64,000 bases of DNA from Planctomycetota bacterium. GTDB lineage: Bacteria; Planctomycetota; UBA8108; SXIK01. Both the position numbers and the translations under genes were made by a program. The notes beneath the pieces were generated by a model. That model was not told the DNA's origin and searched no databases. It worked only from the letters and a program-made list of their open reading frames with translations. Numbering within the stretch: the first letter of the stretch is position 1; each line of letters begins with the position of its first letter. Below are positions 9,971-20,707 of the stretch, piece by piece. The stretch covers positions 5,696,001 through 5,760,000 of the forward strand of contig OZ244999.1 in the NCBI GenBank assembly GCA_965223265.1, written 5' to 3'.

Positions 9971-10705
9971 TTACTGTTGTCGCACCAGCAATCGGAGCGT
10001 GGACCAAGCAATCCGCACCACGTCGCGTAGCGGCCGAAAATGTGACACGCCACCGCCGACAACATCGTAAGCACAGTCGATCGGAACGGAGACCAACGAG
10101 ACGCCTCGCCGACCCGCTTGAACAAGGACCTCGAACTCGAACTCGTAGCGGTCACCGCGCAGATGGAGCTGAGAGACTGTGGCGAGGGGATAGGCGCGAA
10201 AGCCGGACTGAGAGTCGCGCAGGCGCACGCCGGCCAGGCATCCCAGGACGCGGTTCGAGAGCGCCAGCCCGACGAGACTCCGCCGCGGCGCGCGAGCGAC
10301 CTGCATATTTCTCTCCCCGACCAGGAGACTCTCTGGATGATCCGCGATCGCACCGAGAAAGCGCGGCAGGTCACTCGGGAAATGTTGACCATCTGCGTCC
10401 AACGTGACGGCGTGTGTGAAACCGGCCGTCTCGAGGTACCGAAACCCGGATCTCAGAGCACTCCCCTTGCCGCGGTTGGTCTCGTGCCTGAGCGTTCGCA
10501 GGTCGGCGGCGAAACGCACGAGTAGTTGAGGCGTCTCGTCGGTCGAACCATCGTCGACGATCAAAATGCTCGCCGAATCGACGTACTCGCGACATCCATC
10601 GATCACCTTCTCCAGCGTCGCAGCGTTGTTAAACGTTGGAATCAACACGCCGACGCGTTGGGAATCGTGAGAGATCGAGCCGGTCACTCCGCGGGTACCA
10701 AACAT
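9971..10705 (-). CDS. Glycosyltransferase family 2 (DPM1-like)
   Basis: VLIPTFN, VDDGSTDET, NRGKGSAL, TLDADGQH, DSQSGFRAY, YEFEFEVL, SHFRP. Confidence 0.92.
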   Translation of the reverse strand: MFGTRGVTGSISHDSQRVGVLIPTFNNAATLEKVIDGCREYVDSASILIVDDGSTDETPQLLVRFAADLRTLRHETNRGKGSALRSGFRYLETAGFTHAVTLDADGQHFPSDLPRFLGAIADHPESLLVGERNMQVARAPRRSLVGLALSNRVLGCLAGVRLRDSQSGFRAYPLATVSQLHLRGDRYEFEFEVLVQAGRRGVSLVSVPIDCAYDVVGGGVSHFRPLRDVVRIAWSTLRLLVRQQ

Positions 10706-10903
10706 GGTCGAACGAACGCAAGGACAACACCACCATGATAGAACAGGAATTCTCGCTACGGAACTACATGAACGTTACCCTGCAAGTTGTTAGCGGGTGG
10801 AATCCGCTCCGGGTCGAAACGAAGTTCCCATTGCGTTCTCCATCCACTATAAGACGATGAGGGCAGATGACACTCACGCTTCACAGAGAGGACGCCTGAC
10901 GAC

Positions 10904-11989
10904 ATGCAAAAAAGGGAACAGCTCCGTCTCAGTAGCCACATGTCACGGCGTACCTGGCTCGGTGCCGCGCTGGCGAGCAGCGCCGTGCCAAGTGGGCTCA
11001 TAGCCGCACGGCTCGGCGCTCAGGGCGAAGCCAACCGCAGCCACCGCAGGCGCGTCGTCTTCGAACACGTCGAAAAGATCTACTCGGACGGGCGCTGGAA
11101 CGGTCGACCGACGATCGTTTTCTGGCGTGGGCGATATCACATCTTCTTTCGCGAGGGCTCGGAACACTCCAGCCAAGATGGACGCATCGCAGTCCTTCGA
11201 TCTGAGGGTCAAGAGCCGCGCGGCTGGACCCGCCACGAAGTCGCCGACGGTCGAGAGAACGAAGCGGAGGCCCATGTGCTAGTGACGCCAGATCGACTCT
11301 TCGTCTATCTTGTCCTGGAAGACCCAACCCGCGGCGGCGGTCAGCCCATCGCGTCCCAAGTGATCTACACCGACGACGGTGACACGTGGAGTCGACCGAC
11401 GCCCGTCTACGAGCCTGAATTCTCGTTCTGGAAACCAGCGACACATGACGGGGTCCACTATGTTGCCTCAGACGTGATGGTCGGAAAGCGGCGTGTCGAG
11501 CTGCTCAAGTCGATTGACGGAGTCGCCTGGAGCCGCGTGTCGACGATTCTGTCAGGTAAGTTCACTGAGACCTCGCTGACATTTCTCGAGGACGAGTCGC
11601 TGCTGGCGGTCACTCGACAGGCGCAGCTATCGCTCGCGAGACCGCCTTACACCAAGTGGAACCACTACCCCGGCGTCGGGCTCGGCGGGCCGGCTGCTGT
11701 GCGCCTTGGAGACACGGTGTTGGTGTCAGGGCGCACTTCACGCCGGCGCTTCCCCGACGATCAACCCGGGTCGTCGCGCACTGGTCTCTTTGCACTCGAT
11801 CGAGCCGACATGACTCTCAAGTGGCAAACGAACCTTGTGACCCAGTGGGGTGGCGACGTCTCGTACCCGGACTTTCACCGCCTCGACGACCGGCGCGCGC
11901 TCATTGCCTGGTACGATGGCGAAGGCTACGAAGAAGGCGTCCCCAAACAGTCTGATCTCTTTCTTGCGACGCTACGAATCGTCGTCTGA
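10904..11989 (+). CDS. Tat-exported BNR/Asp-box sialidase-like beta-propeller protein
   Basis: SRRTWL twin-arginine motif; Asp-boxes TDDGDTW and SIDGVAW; FREGSEH and GGDVSYP. Confidence 0.7.
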   Translation: MQKREQLRLSSHMSRRTWLGAALASSAVPSGLIAARLGAQGEANRSHRRRVVFEHVEKIYSDGRWNGRPTIVFWRGRYHIFFREGSEHSSQDGRIAVLRSEGQEPRGWTRHEVADGRENEAEAHVLVTPDRLFVYLVLEDPTRGGGQPIASQVIYTDDGDTWSRPTPVYEPEFSFWKPATHDGVHYVASDVMVGKRRVELLKSIDGVAWSRVSTILSGKFTETSLTFLEDESLLAVTRQAQLSLARPPYTKWNHYPGVGLGGPAAVRLGDTVLVSGRTSRRRFPDDQPGSSRTGLFALDRADMTLKWQTNLVTQWGGDVSYPDFHRLDDRRALIAWYDGEGYEEGVPKQSDLFLATLRIVV

Positions 11990-12047
11990 ACGGCGCCCGC
12001 CACGACTGTGATTGGCCGACGCTGAAACGTCAGGTACGATGGGGAGC

Positions 12048-15000
12048 ATGTCGAAACCAGCCATGCTGTTCGCCTCATCCCGTGCGATGCTTTGCGCCTT
12101 GACGCTTCTGGCGACGCCGACGCCAGGAATCTTGTCGGCACAAATCGTCGTCAGCGAGATCATGTACCATCCGCCTGACGGCGAGCTTGAGTACATCGAA
12201 CTAACGAACATTGGCGCAGCCGCGGTCGATCTCGGCGGTTGGGCCTTCACCGACGGCGTTCGCTTTACGTTCCCAGCGGCGACTCTCCTACCGGCAAACG
12301 ATCGTCTGGTTGTCTGCCGCGCACGCGACACCTTCCTTGCGGCCTATCCGGACGTCGCGGAGTCGGCCGTGTTCGGCGACTACGACGGAGCCCTCGCCAA
12401 CAGCGGCGAACGCCTCATCTTTTCGGACGCCGTGGGCGCTCCGCAGCAGACGATCACGTACGACGACACTGCGCCTTGGGACGTGCTCGCCGATGGCTTC
12501 GGAGCCGCGCTGGAACGCCTCTGCCTGACGGCGGCTGAAGACGATCCGGCAAATTGGCGCGCGAGCCGGCTCGTGCACCCTGGGACGAACGAAGACCCGG
12601 CGCCAGATACACCGGGCAGCGCGTTCGCGCCGACACCAGCCGCGGGAAACAGCGTCGTTGTGTGCCCGCCACCCGCCGCTCCACCCGGTGGCCTCTTCCT
12701 CAGCGAGATCATGTACCACCCGGTCCGAGAGGATGACTTCGACGACAACCATGAGTTCATCGAGATCGCGAGCGCCGCCGAGCTGGCGGTCGATCTCAGC
12801 GGCTGGCGGCTTGTCGGCCTGCGTTACACGTTTCCTGAAGGCAGCGCCATCGCACCGGGCGAGCTGATCGTTCTCGCGAAGAATCCTGCGCGCCTCCTCG
12901 AGTTAGAAGACTACGACCTCGACCCGAGCGTTGTCTTCGGGCCGTACGCCGGCAGCCTCGACAACGGCGGCGAGCGACTTGCGCTCGTCACCGCGGATGG
13001 CCGCGGCGTCGACGCAGTCCGTTATGATGACGGTTTTCCGTGGCCAGACGCGGCCGACGCGCTCGGCGCTGAAGCCGGCTGGCTCGACGAGGCGCTGCTG
13101 CCGCTCAATGCGCATCAATTCCGCGGCGTGTCTCTCGAGCGAGTGAGCTTCGACGTGGCGGCGAACGAAGTGGCCAACTGGGAGCCAAGCCCTGTCGACG
13201 CTCCTACGCCTGGCCGCATCAACACACGTCTCGGCAGCGAGCTGCGCCCCATCGTCACCTCGATCGATGTCGAGCCGTCGGCAAGCGCGTCCAGCGACAT
13301 CTTCGCTGCTGACGACGTACGCGTAGAGGTAGAATTCGCGCCGCGGGCGCCGATCGCACCGACGCTCGAGTTCTTCGTCGAAGACCTTGAGTCAGACGAC
13401 GAACTCCGCCTCGAGTTGCCGCTCAGCGACAACGGATCGAGCGGCGACCTGGAGGAGAGCGATGGCACGTTCACGGCGCTATTGCCGCCGCAACCTGAGA
13501 ACTCGATCGTTCGCTACCGCGTACGCGGCAGCGTCGAAGGGTTCGACGAACAGGTCCTCTCGCCGCGCCCAAGCGACGCGGCCGCGTGGCACGCCTATTT
13601 TGTCGCTCCGGAGATCGACACGACGACGCGCACCTACCATCTCTTCATCAGTCGTGACTCTTGGGGCAAGCTCAACACCAATCTCAGTTCGAATCGCGTC
13701 AGCGACTGTGACAAGAGCCCAACTTGGAACGCCAGGGAGCCAGCAGTCTTCGTGCACAACGGCCGAGTGATCGACGCTCGCGTACGTTTTCAAGGCAGTC
13801 GCTGGAACCGTACCAGCGGCGAGGTGATCTCCAACTGGCAGCAACCGGGGCCGAGCTCCGGCACTACAGCCGTTCGTAGCTGGCGCCTGGCGTTTCCCCG
13901 TTATCGCCAACTCGAAGGCCGGAGCGTCGTGATCATGAACAAACTCCGGCAGTCCTGCCCGGGTCACAACTCAGTCATCGGCTTCCGCCTTTTTACGCTC
14001 GCCGACATCCCGTCGCCCGAAACAACCTTCGTACGTTTTCACATCAACGGTGGCTACTACCGCTATATGCTCGAGTACGAACGACCCGGCGAAGACATGA
14101 TCCGCCGTTACAACCGTGACCAATCTGCAAAGTATCCAGACAAGCCAAGCGAGAGAGTCGGCCATCTGTTCAAATCCATTGGCTGCAGCTGTGACGAGGG
14201 TCCGTTCGGTTGGGGCGACTGGCGACTCTTGACAGAATTCTGCGGTCACGATGCCGCTGCGCGCTACGCCGCCACCTACGACCGCAAGACGCACGAGTGG
14301 GCAAGCCATGACGAGCTCATCACGCTCATCGAGGACCTCCACACCGCCCGCGCCGAGGGAAACGAGGCGCTCCGGCAATACTTCCTTGACCGATTCGACC
14401 TTGATCGCCTCTTCGATTATGTTGCGATCATGAACTGGTCCGTACCGTTCGACGACATGTTCCAGAATCATTTCATCTACCAGCGATTGAGCGACGGCAG
14501 GTGGATGTTGGCGCCCTGGGACCTCGATCGAAATTACGGCGAGTGGAAATCTCACCTGGCGTCGTTCTTCATGGGCGAGCAGGGCGACCGCGATAACCGT
14601 GGTACGGCGTGGCACCGTCTAAAGGATGGGTTCCTGAAGGGCTTTCGGGATGAGTACACGCAGCATCTCTTGATGCTCAACAATGAACTCCTGAGCCCGA
14701 AAAACATTTTGCCACTCGTCGATGAATTGAGCGCCAGCGTTGATCAGGACGAAGCCAACGCCGCGGCGGCGCGATTGCCGTGCACCTTCGCTGGCCGCGA
14801 TGCGTCGTTTCGCCGTTTTGTCGTGGCTCGGCACGAGCTCATCAACGAGCAACTCGCAGGGGTTCGCGTCGAACCCGGACCCGACCAACTTGTCTTCGTC
14901 GGCGAGGTCGCGAGCTTCGATGCTACAGCGACGACGCCGCCACCGGGCCCGGACGTCGCGTATTCCTGGTCCAACGGCATGGAGGGCACGACACCCGAGT

Positions 15001-15911
15001 TCGCATTCGCCACGCCCGGTCTGGAGGAGATCACTCTGACCGTGACGACTCTCGACATCGATTTCGAGGCGAGTCTGTCGGTGGAGATTCTTCCCAAGCC
15101 GGAGACCGTCTACCGCGCAGACGACGGTCTCGTCACCATCGAGGCAGAGAACGCGTTCATGAACCTGTGTCACGGCTCCGAATTGGTGGCGTGGGAGACC
15201 GCGTCTGACCTCGAAGGTTTCTCCGGCCGTAGCTACATGCACGCCACACAGTTGCGCCGTCAAACTTTTCGGACGAACTACACGCGTGTCGCGCCCGAGC
15301 TGCGTTTCGCGATCGAATTCGACGAACCAGGTGTGTACCACGTGTGGATTCGTGCCTTCACGAACTCCAGTGGGTCGGACTCGCTCCACGTCGGTCTCGA
15401 CGGTAAGGAGCGCGACACGCTCGACGCTACAGATTTTGAACCGGACGAAGTCGCGTTCACTTGGTCAGGCGCCGATATGCGCGGCGATCCACAGGAAATC
15501 ATCGTCGAGACACCGGGCACGCGCGTCGTGTCGCTGTGGGTTCGCGAGAGCAATCTCATTGTCGACAAACTGATCCTGACGCGCGACCGCGACTTCGTGC
15601 CGCAAGGCTTGGGGCCGCGGGAGAGTTTCCGCTTCTCCGCGACCGGTCGGTCCTTCATCCGCGGCGACGCCAATGACGATGGGGACGTCGATATCGCCGA
15701 TGCCATAACGATCTTGATGCATCTCTTTCTCGGCGTTTCAGCGGTTGCCTGTGATGACTGGGGCGACACCGACGATAGCGGCAAGCTCGAGCTCTCCGAT
15801 GCGGTCGGGCTCCTCGAGTTTCTCTTCACGCCAGGACCAGCGCCGGCACTGCCATTTCCCACCCCTGACTTTGACCCCACACCGGACCCCGCGGCGTGTG
15901 GCAACCTGTAG
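12048..15911 (+). CDS. Large secreted protein: 2x lamin-tail domains, CotH kinase, PKD-like, carbohydrate-binding-like and C-terminal dockerin-like domains
   Basis: Two SEIMYHP..E(Y/F)IE..DLxGW modules; CotH-like NHFIY..W.LAPWDLD; IEAE..GVYHVWIRA..DSLHVGLDG; FIRGDANDDGDVDIADAI. Confidence 0.85.
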   Translation: MSKPAMLFASSRAMLCALTLLATPTPGILSAQIVVSEIMYHPPDGELEYIELTNIGAAAVDLGGWAFTDGVRFTFPAATLLPANDRLVVCRARDTFLAAYPDVAESAVFGDYDGALANSGERLIFSDAVGAPQQTITYDDTAPWDVLADGFGAALERLCLTAAEDDPANWRASRLVHPGTNEDPAPDTPGSAFAPTPAAGNSVVVCPPPAAPPGGLFLSEIMYHPVREDDFDDNHEFIEIASAAELAVDLSGWRLVGLRYTFPEGSAIAPGELIVLAKNPARLLELEDYDLDPSVVFGPYAGSLDNGGERLALVTADGRGVDAVRYDDGFPWPDAADALGAEAGWLDEALLPLNAHQFRGVSLERVSFDVAANEVANWEPSPVDAPTPGRINTRLGSELRPIVTSIDVEPSASASSDIFAADDVRVEVEFAPRAPIAPTLEFFVEDLESDDELRLELPLSDNGSSGDLEESDGTFTALLPPQPENSIVRYRVRGSVEGFDEQVLSPRPSDAAAWHAYFVAPEIDTTTRTYHLFISRDSWGKLNTNLSSNRVSDCDKSPTWNAREPAVFVHNGRVIDARVRFQGSRWNRTSGEVISNWQQPGPSSGTTAVRSWRLAFPRYRQLEGRSVVIMNKLRQSCPGHNSVIGFRLFTLADIPSPETTFVRFHINGGYYRYMLEYERPGEDMIRRYNRDQSAKYPDKPSERVGHLFKSIGCSCDEGPFGWGDWRLLTEFCGHDAAARYAATYDRKTHEWASHDELITLIEDLHTARAEGNEALRQYFLDRFDLDRLFDYVAIMNWSVPFDDMFQNHFIYQRLSDGRWMLAPWDLDRNYGEWKSHLASFFMGEQGDRDNRGTAWHRLKDGFLKGFRDEYTQHLLMLNNELLSPKNILPLVDELSASVDQDEANAAAARLPCTFAGRDASFRRFVVARHELINEQLAGVRVEPGPDQLVFVGEVASFDATATTPPPGPDVAYSWSNGMEGTTPEFAFATPGLEEITLTVTTLDIDFEASLSVEILPKPETVYRADDGLVTIEAENAFMNLCHGSELVAWETASDLEGFSGRSYMHATQLRRQTFRTNYTRVAPELRFAIEFDEPGVYHVWIRAFTNSSGSDSLHVGLDGKERDTLDATDFEPDEVAFTWSGADMRGDPQEIIVETPGTRVVSLWVRESNLIVDKLILTRDRDFVPQGLGPRESFRFSATGRSFIRGDANDDGDVDIADAITILMHLFLGVSAVACDDWGDTDDSGKLELSDAVGLLEFLFTPGPAPALPFPTPDFDPTPDPAACGNL

Positions 15912-16029
15912 ACCGCGCCGGCCTCAATTGAAGCGAGATGCGCCGACGGCGATCGGGTAGTTTAGAGCGTCTGGGTGTGAGGACCGCGGGCAGATGGAAG
16001 CGGATCACGGCTGGAGTTTGACCATCAAC

Positions 16030-19000
16030 ATGAAGCGCACGACCAAGTTCTCGCGTGGCCGGCTCGACCTGGTCGCGCATCCGTTTACAACGATGATTCT
16101 GTGCGCGCTCAGCTGGTGCGTGGCTGAAGAATGGGCCTGTGCGAGTCCCGACGCAGCGAATAAGACCGCCGCACCGAAGCCGAGCGAAGGATCCACAAAG
16201 GAAGAGTCCGCCGACGACTCGCCGTACGGGTTCGACAAGAGACCACCCTGGACAACCTCGACCGTCGTCGGCAGTCCTGAACCACCGCTGCCGTACGAGC
16301 TCAAGAGGATTTTCCCCAAGCTAAAGTTCGCCAGCCCGATTTTCTACGCTCACGAGCCCGGAACCGACCGCTTAGTGGTGGCCGAACACGACGGCAAGAT
16401 CCACGCCTTCTCGACGAGTGACCCGGACATCGAGAAGGCTGACCTCTTCTTCCAGGGACAGGGTAACCTCTACGCCTTTTCGTTCCACCCGCGTTACAGC
16501 GACAACGGGCAGTTCTTCACGTTCAGCCCAACCGGCCCACCCCAGGAGCCAAAGGAAAAATCCGAGGAGGAGAAAGAACAGCCCGAAGAGAAGCCTGTGG
16601 AAAAGCGCAGCCGGGTATCACGCTGGCGCACCAACCTCGACCACCCGCGCGTCGCGATCCCTGAGGTTGAAGACGTCATCGTCGAGTGGCCTTCGGGAGG
16701 TCACAACGGCGGCGAAGCGATCATCGGTCCAGACGGATATCTCTACGTTGCCACGGGGGACGGGAGCAGTGATTCGGACACGCTCGATTCTGGTCAAGGG
16801 GTCGACGATTTGCTCTCGGTCATCATGCGGCTCGACGTCGAAAACCCTGACCCTGGCAAAGGCTACTCGGTGCCTCCGGACAACCCGTTCGTCGACATGC
16901 CCGATGCGCGGCCGGAGATTTGGGCCTTCGGCTTTCGTAACCCTTACCGCCTCAGTTTCGATGCAAAGACGGGAAGGCTCTACGTCGGCGACGTCGGCCA
17001 AGACCTGTGGGAGATGATCTGGGACGTCCAGCGCGGCGGCAACTACGGCTGGAGCGTTCAGGAAGGCACGCATCTCTTCCACCCCAACCGCGAGCGCGGG
17101 CCGGGGCCGATTCTGCCACCAGTTATTGAGCACCACCATACAGAGTGCCGCTCGATCACCGGCGGCTACGTCTATTACGGTGACAAATTCCCTGAGCTCC
17201 AAGGGGCGTATGTCTACGGCGACTACGAGTACGGCAAGATTTGGGCGCTGCGTTACGACGGCGATAGAGTGACGTGGCGCGCGGAGCTCACCGACACGCC
17301 CTACAAGTTGGCGTCGTTCGCGGTGACGCGCGACGGCGAGATCATCACGGCAGACTATGCCAGCGGCGAGCTCTATTCGCTCGAGCGATCAAGCGCGGAA
17401 AACCTCAGCCAACAGTTTCCGCGACAGCTCAGCGCAACCGGAATCTTCTCGTCGGTGACCGATCAGACGCCGGCGCCTGGGGTCCTCCCCTACTCGGTCA
17501 ACGCTCCCGGCTGGGCCGACGGTGCCCACGCTCAGCGCTTCGTTTGTCTTCCCGACGACTCCACCATCACCTTCAATGATAGTGACGCGCCGACGCCGTG
17601 GGGCTTCAAGGACGGCACGGTCACCGTGCAGACGCTTTCGCTCGACATGAAAGCGGGCGACCCACAGTCACGACGCCATATCGAGACACGCATCATCGTC
17701 AAGCAGCAGGAACACTGGGTCGGTTATACGTATCTTTGGAATGAAGAACAGACCGACGCCGCGCTCGTCGAGGCGCCGGGTACCGAACTGACTCTCACGG
17801 TCAAAGATGCCGCCGTATGCGGTGGCGAACGCCAGCAGATCTGGCGTGTGCCGAGCCGCAACGAGTGCATGTTCTGCCATTCGCGTGCATCCGGTTTTGT
17901 GCTCGGGCTCAACACCCATCAGCTCAACCGCACTCACAACTACGACGGCATCATCGACAACCAACTGCGCGCGCTCGGCCACGCTGGCGTTTTCGGCGGT
18001 CCGCTCGAGAAAAAGCCTGAAGAGTACAAAGCGTTCCCAAACCCGTACGACTCGGCGGCCGATCTTACCGAACGCGCACGTACGTACCTCGCCGTCAACT
18101 GCGGAATCTGTCATGTCACGGCGGGCGGTGGCAACGCCAAGATCGTTCTCAGCTACGGCGCCAAGCCCGAGGACACAAAACTCTTCGGCGACGCACCGCT
18201 TCACGATACGTTCGGCCTGGACGCGACGCAGCTAGTCTCCCCCGGGGCGCCCCACGCTTCAGCCCTGTTTTACCGTATGTCGACGGTCGGTCGCGGCCGC
18301 ATGCCGCGCGTCGGCTCGAGTGTGCCGGACGATCGAGCGTTGGCTTTGCTCGCAGAGTGGATCACGCAGCTCGACGCCAATGGCGCCGCGGCGGCAGCGG
18401 AGAGCAAAACGCCGTCGCTCGAGGAGGCCGAAGCGTCGGCACTCGCGGCACTGCGCAAAGCCGGTGCCACGAGCGGCGGCAGCGGTGCAGATGTAGCGCG
18501 CTCTGCGGTGACCCCAGCTGAGTCAGGCGCGATCAACACGCTTCTCGCATCGGAGCGTGGCGCACTTCTCTTGCAAAGGCACATGGTGGAAGAGCCCGCG
18601 ACTGCTGTTGTGCGCAGCGCCGCCGTTGCCGCGGCGCTGGCGCAGCCGAACCCGAACGTGCGCGACCTCTTTGAACGCTTCGTGCCGCCGAGCCAGCGGC
18701 TCGTGCGGCTCGGTAACGACATCGATCCGCAGTCGATTCTTGATCTCGACGGGGACGCGGCGCGCGGCCGCGCCCTCTTGGACTCCGGCGTCGGTAAGAC
18801 GTGTAAGACCTGTCACCGCGTCGAGGGGGTCGGAGGGCTCGTCGGTCCCGACCTGGCGGAAAGTGCCAGGAAGCCTGAAAACACGCGGGCCGAGCTGCTC
18901 ACGTCGATCCTACAACCGTCACGCAAGATCGACCCAAAGTACGCAGCGTTCGTCCTGGTCACGCTTCAGGGCGAGGTGGTGACGGGGCTGCTGGAGTCAA

Positions 19001-19176
19001 AAACCGACGCTGAAATCGTCCTGCGCGACGCCAAGGGCGAGCAGGTCCGCGTGCCGGCACCCGACGTCGCAGCATTCGACCCGCAGGACACCTCACTCAT
19101 GCCGGATATGCTGCTGCGCGACTGGACGGCTCAGCAGGCGGCAGACTTGCTCGCCTACCTGGCGAGCTTCAAGTAG
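16030..19176 (+). CDS. PQQ-dependent sugar (glucose/sorbosone) dehydrogenase fused to c-type cytochrome domains
   Basis: GHNGG, GYSVPPDNPF, PEIWAFGFRNPYR, GDVGQ, GGNYGW; three CxxCH motifs (CMFCH, CGICH, CKTCH); C-terminal GPDL..SILQPS..SLMP heme-binding module. Confidence 0.9.
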   Translation: MKRTTKFSRGRLDLVAHPFTTMILCALSWCVAEEWACASPDAANKTAAPKPSEGSTKEESADDSPYGFDKRPPWTTSTVVGSPEPPLPYELKRIFPKLKFASPIFYAHEPGTDRLVVAEHDGKIHAFSTSDPDIEKADLFFQGQGNLYAFSFHPRYSDNGQFFTFSPTGPPQEPKEKSEEEKEQPEEKPVEKRSRVSRWRTNLDHPRVAIPEVEDVIVEWPSGGHNGGEAIIGPDGYLYVATGDGSSDSDTLDSGQGVDDLLSVIMRLDVENPDPGKGYSVPPDNPFVDMPDARPEIWAFGFRNPYRLSFDAKTGRLYVGDVGQDLWEMIWDVQRGGNYGWSVQEGTHLFHPNRERGPGPILPPVIEHHHTECRSITGGYVYYGDKFPELQGAYVYGDYEYGKIWALRYDGDRVTWRAELTDTPYKLASFAVTRDGEIITADYASGELYSLERSSAENLSQQFPRQLSATGIFSSVTDQTPAPGVLPYSVNAPGWADGAHAQRFVCLPDDSTITFNDSDAPTPWGFKDGTVTVQTLSLDMKAGDPQSRRHIETRIIVKQQEHWVGYTYLWNEEQTDAALVEAPGTELTLTVKDAAVCGGERQQIWRVPSRNECMFCHSRASGFVLGLNTHQLNRTHNYDGIIDNQLRALGHAGVFGGPLEKKPEEYKAFPNPYDSAADLTERARTYLAVNCGICHVTAGGGNAKIVLSYGAKPEDTKLFGDAPLHDTFGLDATQLVSPGAPHASALFYRMSTVGRGRMPRVGSSVPDDRALALLAEWITQLDANGAAAAAESKTPSLEEAEASALAALRKAGATSGGSGADVARSAVTPAESGAINTLLASERGALLLQRHMVEEPATAVVRSAAVAAALAQPNPNVRDLFERFVPPSQRLVRLGNDIDPQSILDLDGDAARGRALLDSGVGKTCKTCHRVEGVGGLVGPDLAESARKPENTRAELLTSILQPSRKIDPKYAAFVLVTLQGEVVTGLLESKTDAEIVLRDAKGEQVRVPAPDVAAFDPQDTSLMPDMLLRDWTAQQAADLLAYLASFK

Positions 19177-19693
19177 TAGATTCCTCAAGGTAGAAAGCCG
19201 ATTCGGGGTGCCTGCTACTTTCATGTTCTTCCACCTCGGGCGTTCAGGGCTTGCCCACTGCGGAGAGAGCGAATCGCAGATCTCGCGGCCGAACGCAGAG
19301 TAGGCTTTCACCGATCTGACTTCCTCTGCGCTGTGCAACTCTGCGTCCTCCGCGGTGAGAATCTCTTCTCGGGACAGAGTTCGCGGAGTTTCGCAGAGTT
19401 CCCAATCAAAGAAACTTGCGGCTCTCGAGTAGTTCCTCTGCAGTGCTGACGTCTGAAACAAGACCAGATGGCGCCGAGTGCACGCGTACGGTTTCAGCGG
19501 TGCGAGTCCTTGGCAGTAGCGATGATGGGAAGGGGCCGACGTCGCCCGATAGAGGTCCAGACCGGCGATTCTGCTATAGGGCGCCATTCTTGGCTGTGGA
19601 GCCCGGCAAATTAGGCAACGTTCGCTTTTTCGAGTTGCCGGAGGAGACTCCCTGCGGTTGATCCAAGGCAGGGGAATCTTTCGGGAGGCTCTG

Positions 19694-20461
19694 GTGCGAA
19701 TACCCGTCATTCGAGGCCTGATTGACCGGCGAATCCTGGTCAACTACCGGGTAGAGGCTCGGGCAATCCAACGGTACCTTCCCCCTCCCTTCCGTCCGGC
19801 ATTGGTCAACGGTTGGGCAATCGGTGGAATCTGTCTGATTCGGCTTCGGAAGATTCGACCTCGGTTTGTTCCTGCCTTTGTCGGGCTGGCCTCCGAGAAT
19901 TCTGCGCACCGAATTGCCGTCGAATGGGCAGGTGACGACGGATTTCGCAAAGGGGTCTACATTCCGCGACGTGACACCTCGTCGCGGCTCAATTCCCTGG
20001 TTGGCGGCAGAGTGTTTCCAGGTGTTCACCACCATGCGGCCTTCACGGTGCAGGAGGAGAAGGATTCTTACTCCGTCCATTTGGAAAGCGACGACCGATC
20101 TACGCGGTTACTTGTAGAAGCTCGTGTCGCGGACACTCTGCCGTCTGACTCCGTCTTCAAATCTCTCGAAGAGGCTTCGAGTTTCTTCGAAGGTGGCTCT
20201 CTCGGCTTCTCGCCCAACCCGGATTGCTCTTGTTTTGATGGGCTCGAACTCCGAGCGTTCTCTTGGAGCGTTCAGCCCCTCACCGTTACAAACGTGGCAT
20301 CGAGCTTCTTCGAAGACGAGAGCCTATTCCCGGCAGGAACCGCTCGATTCGACAGCGCTCTCCTAATGCGCGGAATCCCTCACGAATGGCATGCGAGAGC
20401 ACCAATTCGCATCACCACCGACGTTGCGTCTCCGCCAAACCACCCGATTGACACTCCATAG
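19694..20461 (+). CDS. DUF2071 (YqjF-like) protein
   Basis: RRILVNYR, LPPPFRP, GICLIRL, SENSAHRIAVEW, GVYIPRRDT, FDSALLMRGIPHEW; GGAGG RBS before GTG. Confidence 0.85.
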   Translation: MRIPVIRGLIDRRILVNYRVEARAIQRYLPPPFRPALVNGWAIGGICLIRLRKIRPRFVPAFVGLASENSAHRIAVEWAGDDGFRKGVYIPRRDTSSRLNSLVGGRVFPGVHHHAAFTVQEEKDSYSVHLESDDRSTRLLVEARVADTLPSDSVFKSLEEASSFFEGGSLGFSPNPDCSCFDGLELRAFSWSVQPLTVTNVASSFFEDESLFPAGTARFDSALLMRGIPHEWHARAPIRITTDVASPPNHPIDTP

Positions 20462-20707
20462 CACCGTCGCCAGTTCGCGTCACGCGCGACAGAACGCCCT
20501 GAACCCCGTCCAATTACCCTGAGTAAAATGTGTCATTGACACCGCTGAGCAGCGAAAACGACCTTGTTTCGTGATGAGGCGCCTGTGCCACTTGCATAAA
20601 CGTGAAGTGGACAAGTACGGATATCTGAGCTCAGGATATCCGTACGCATGATTGTCAGACCCCAAGATCGTTCGTCACACAGTTGCTCTTCCTGGGGCTG
20701 AGAACAC

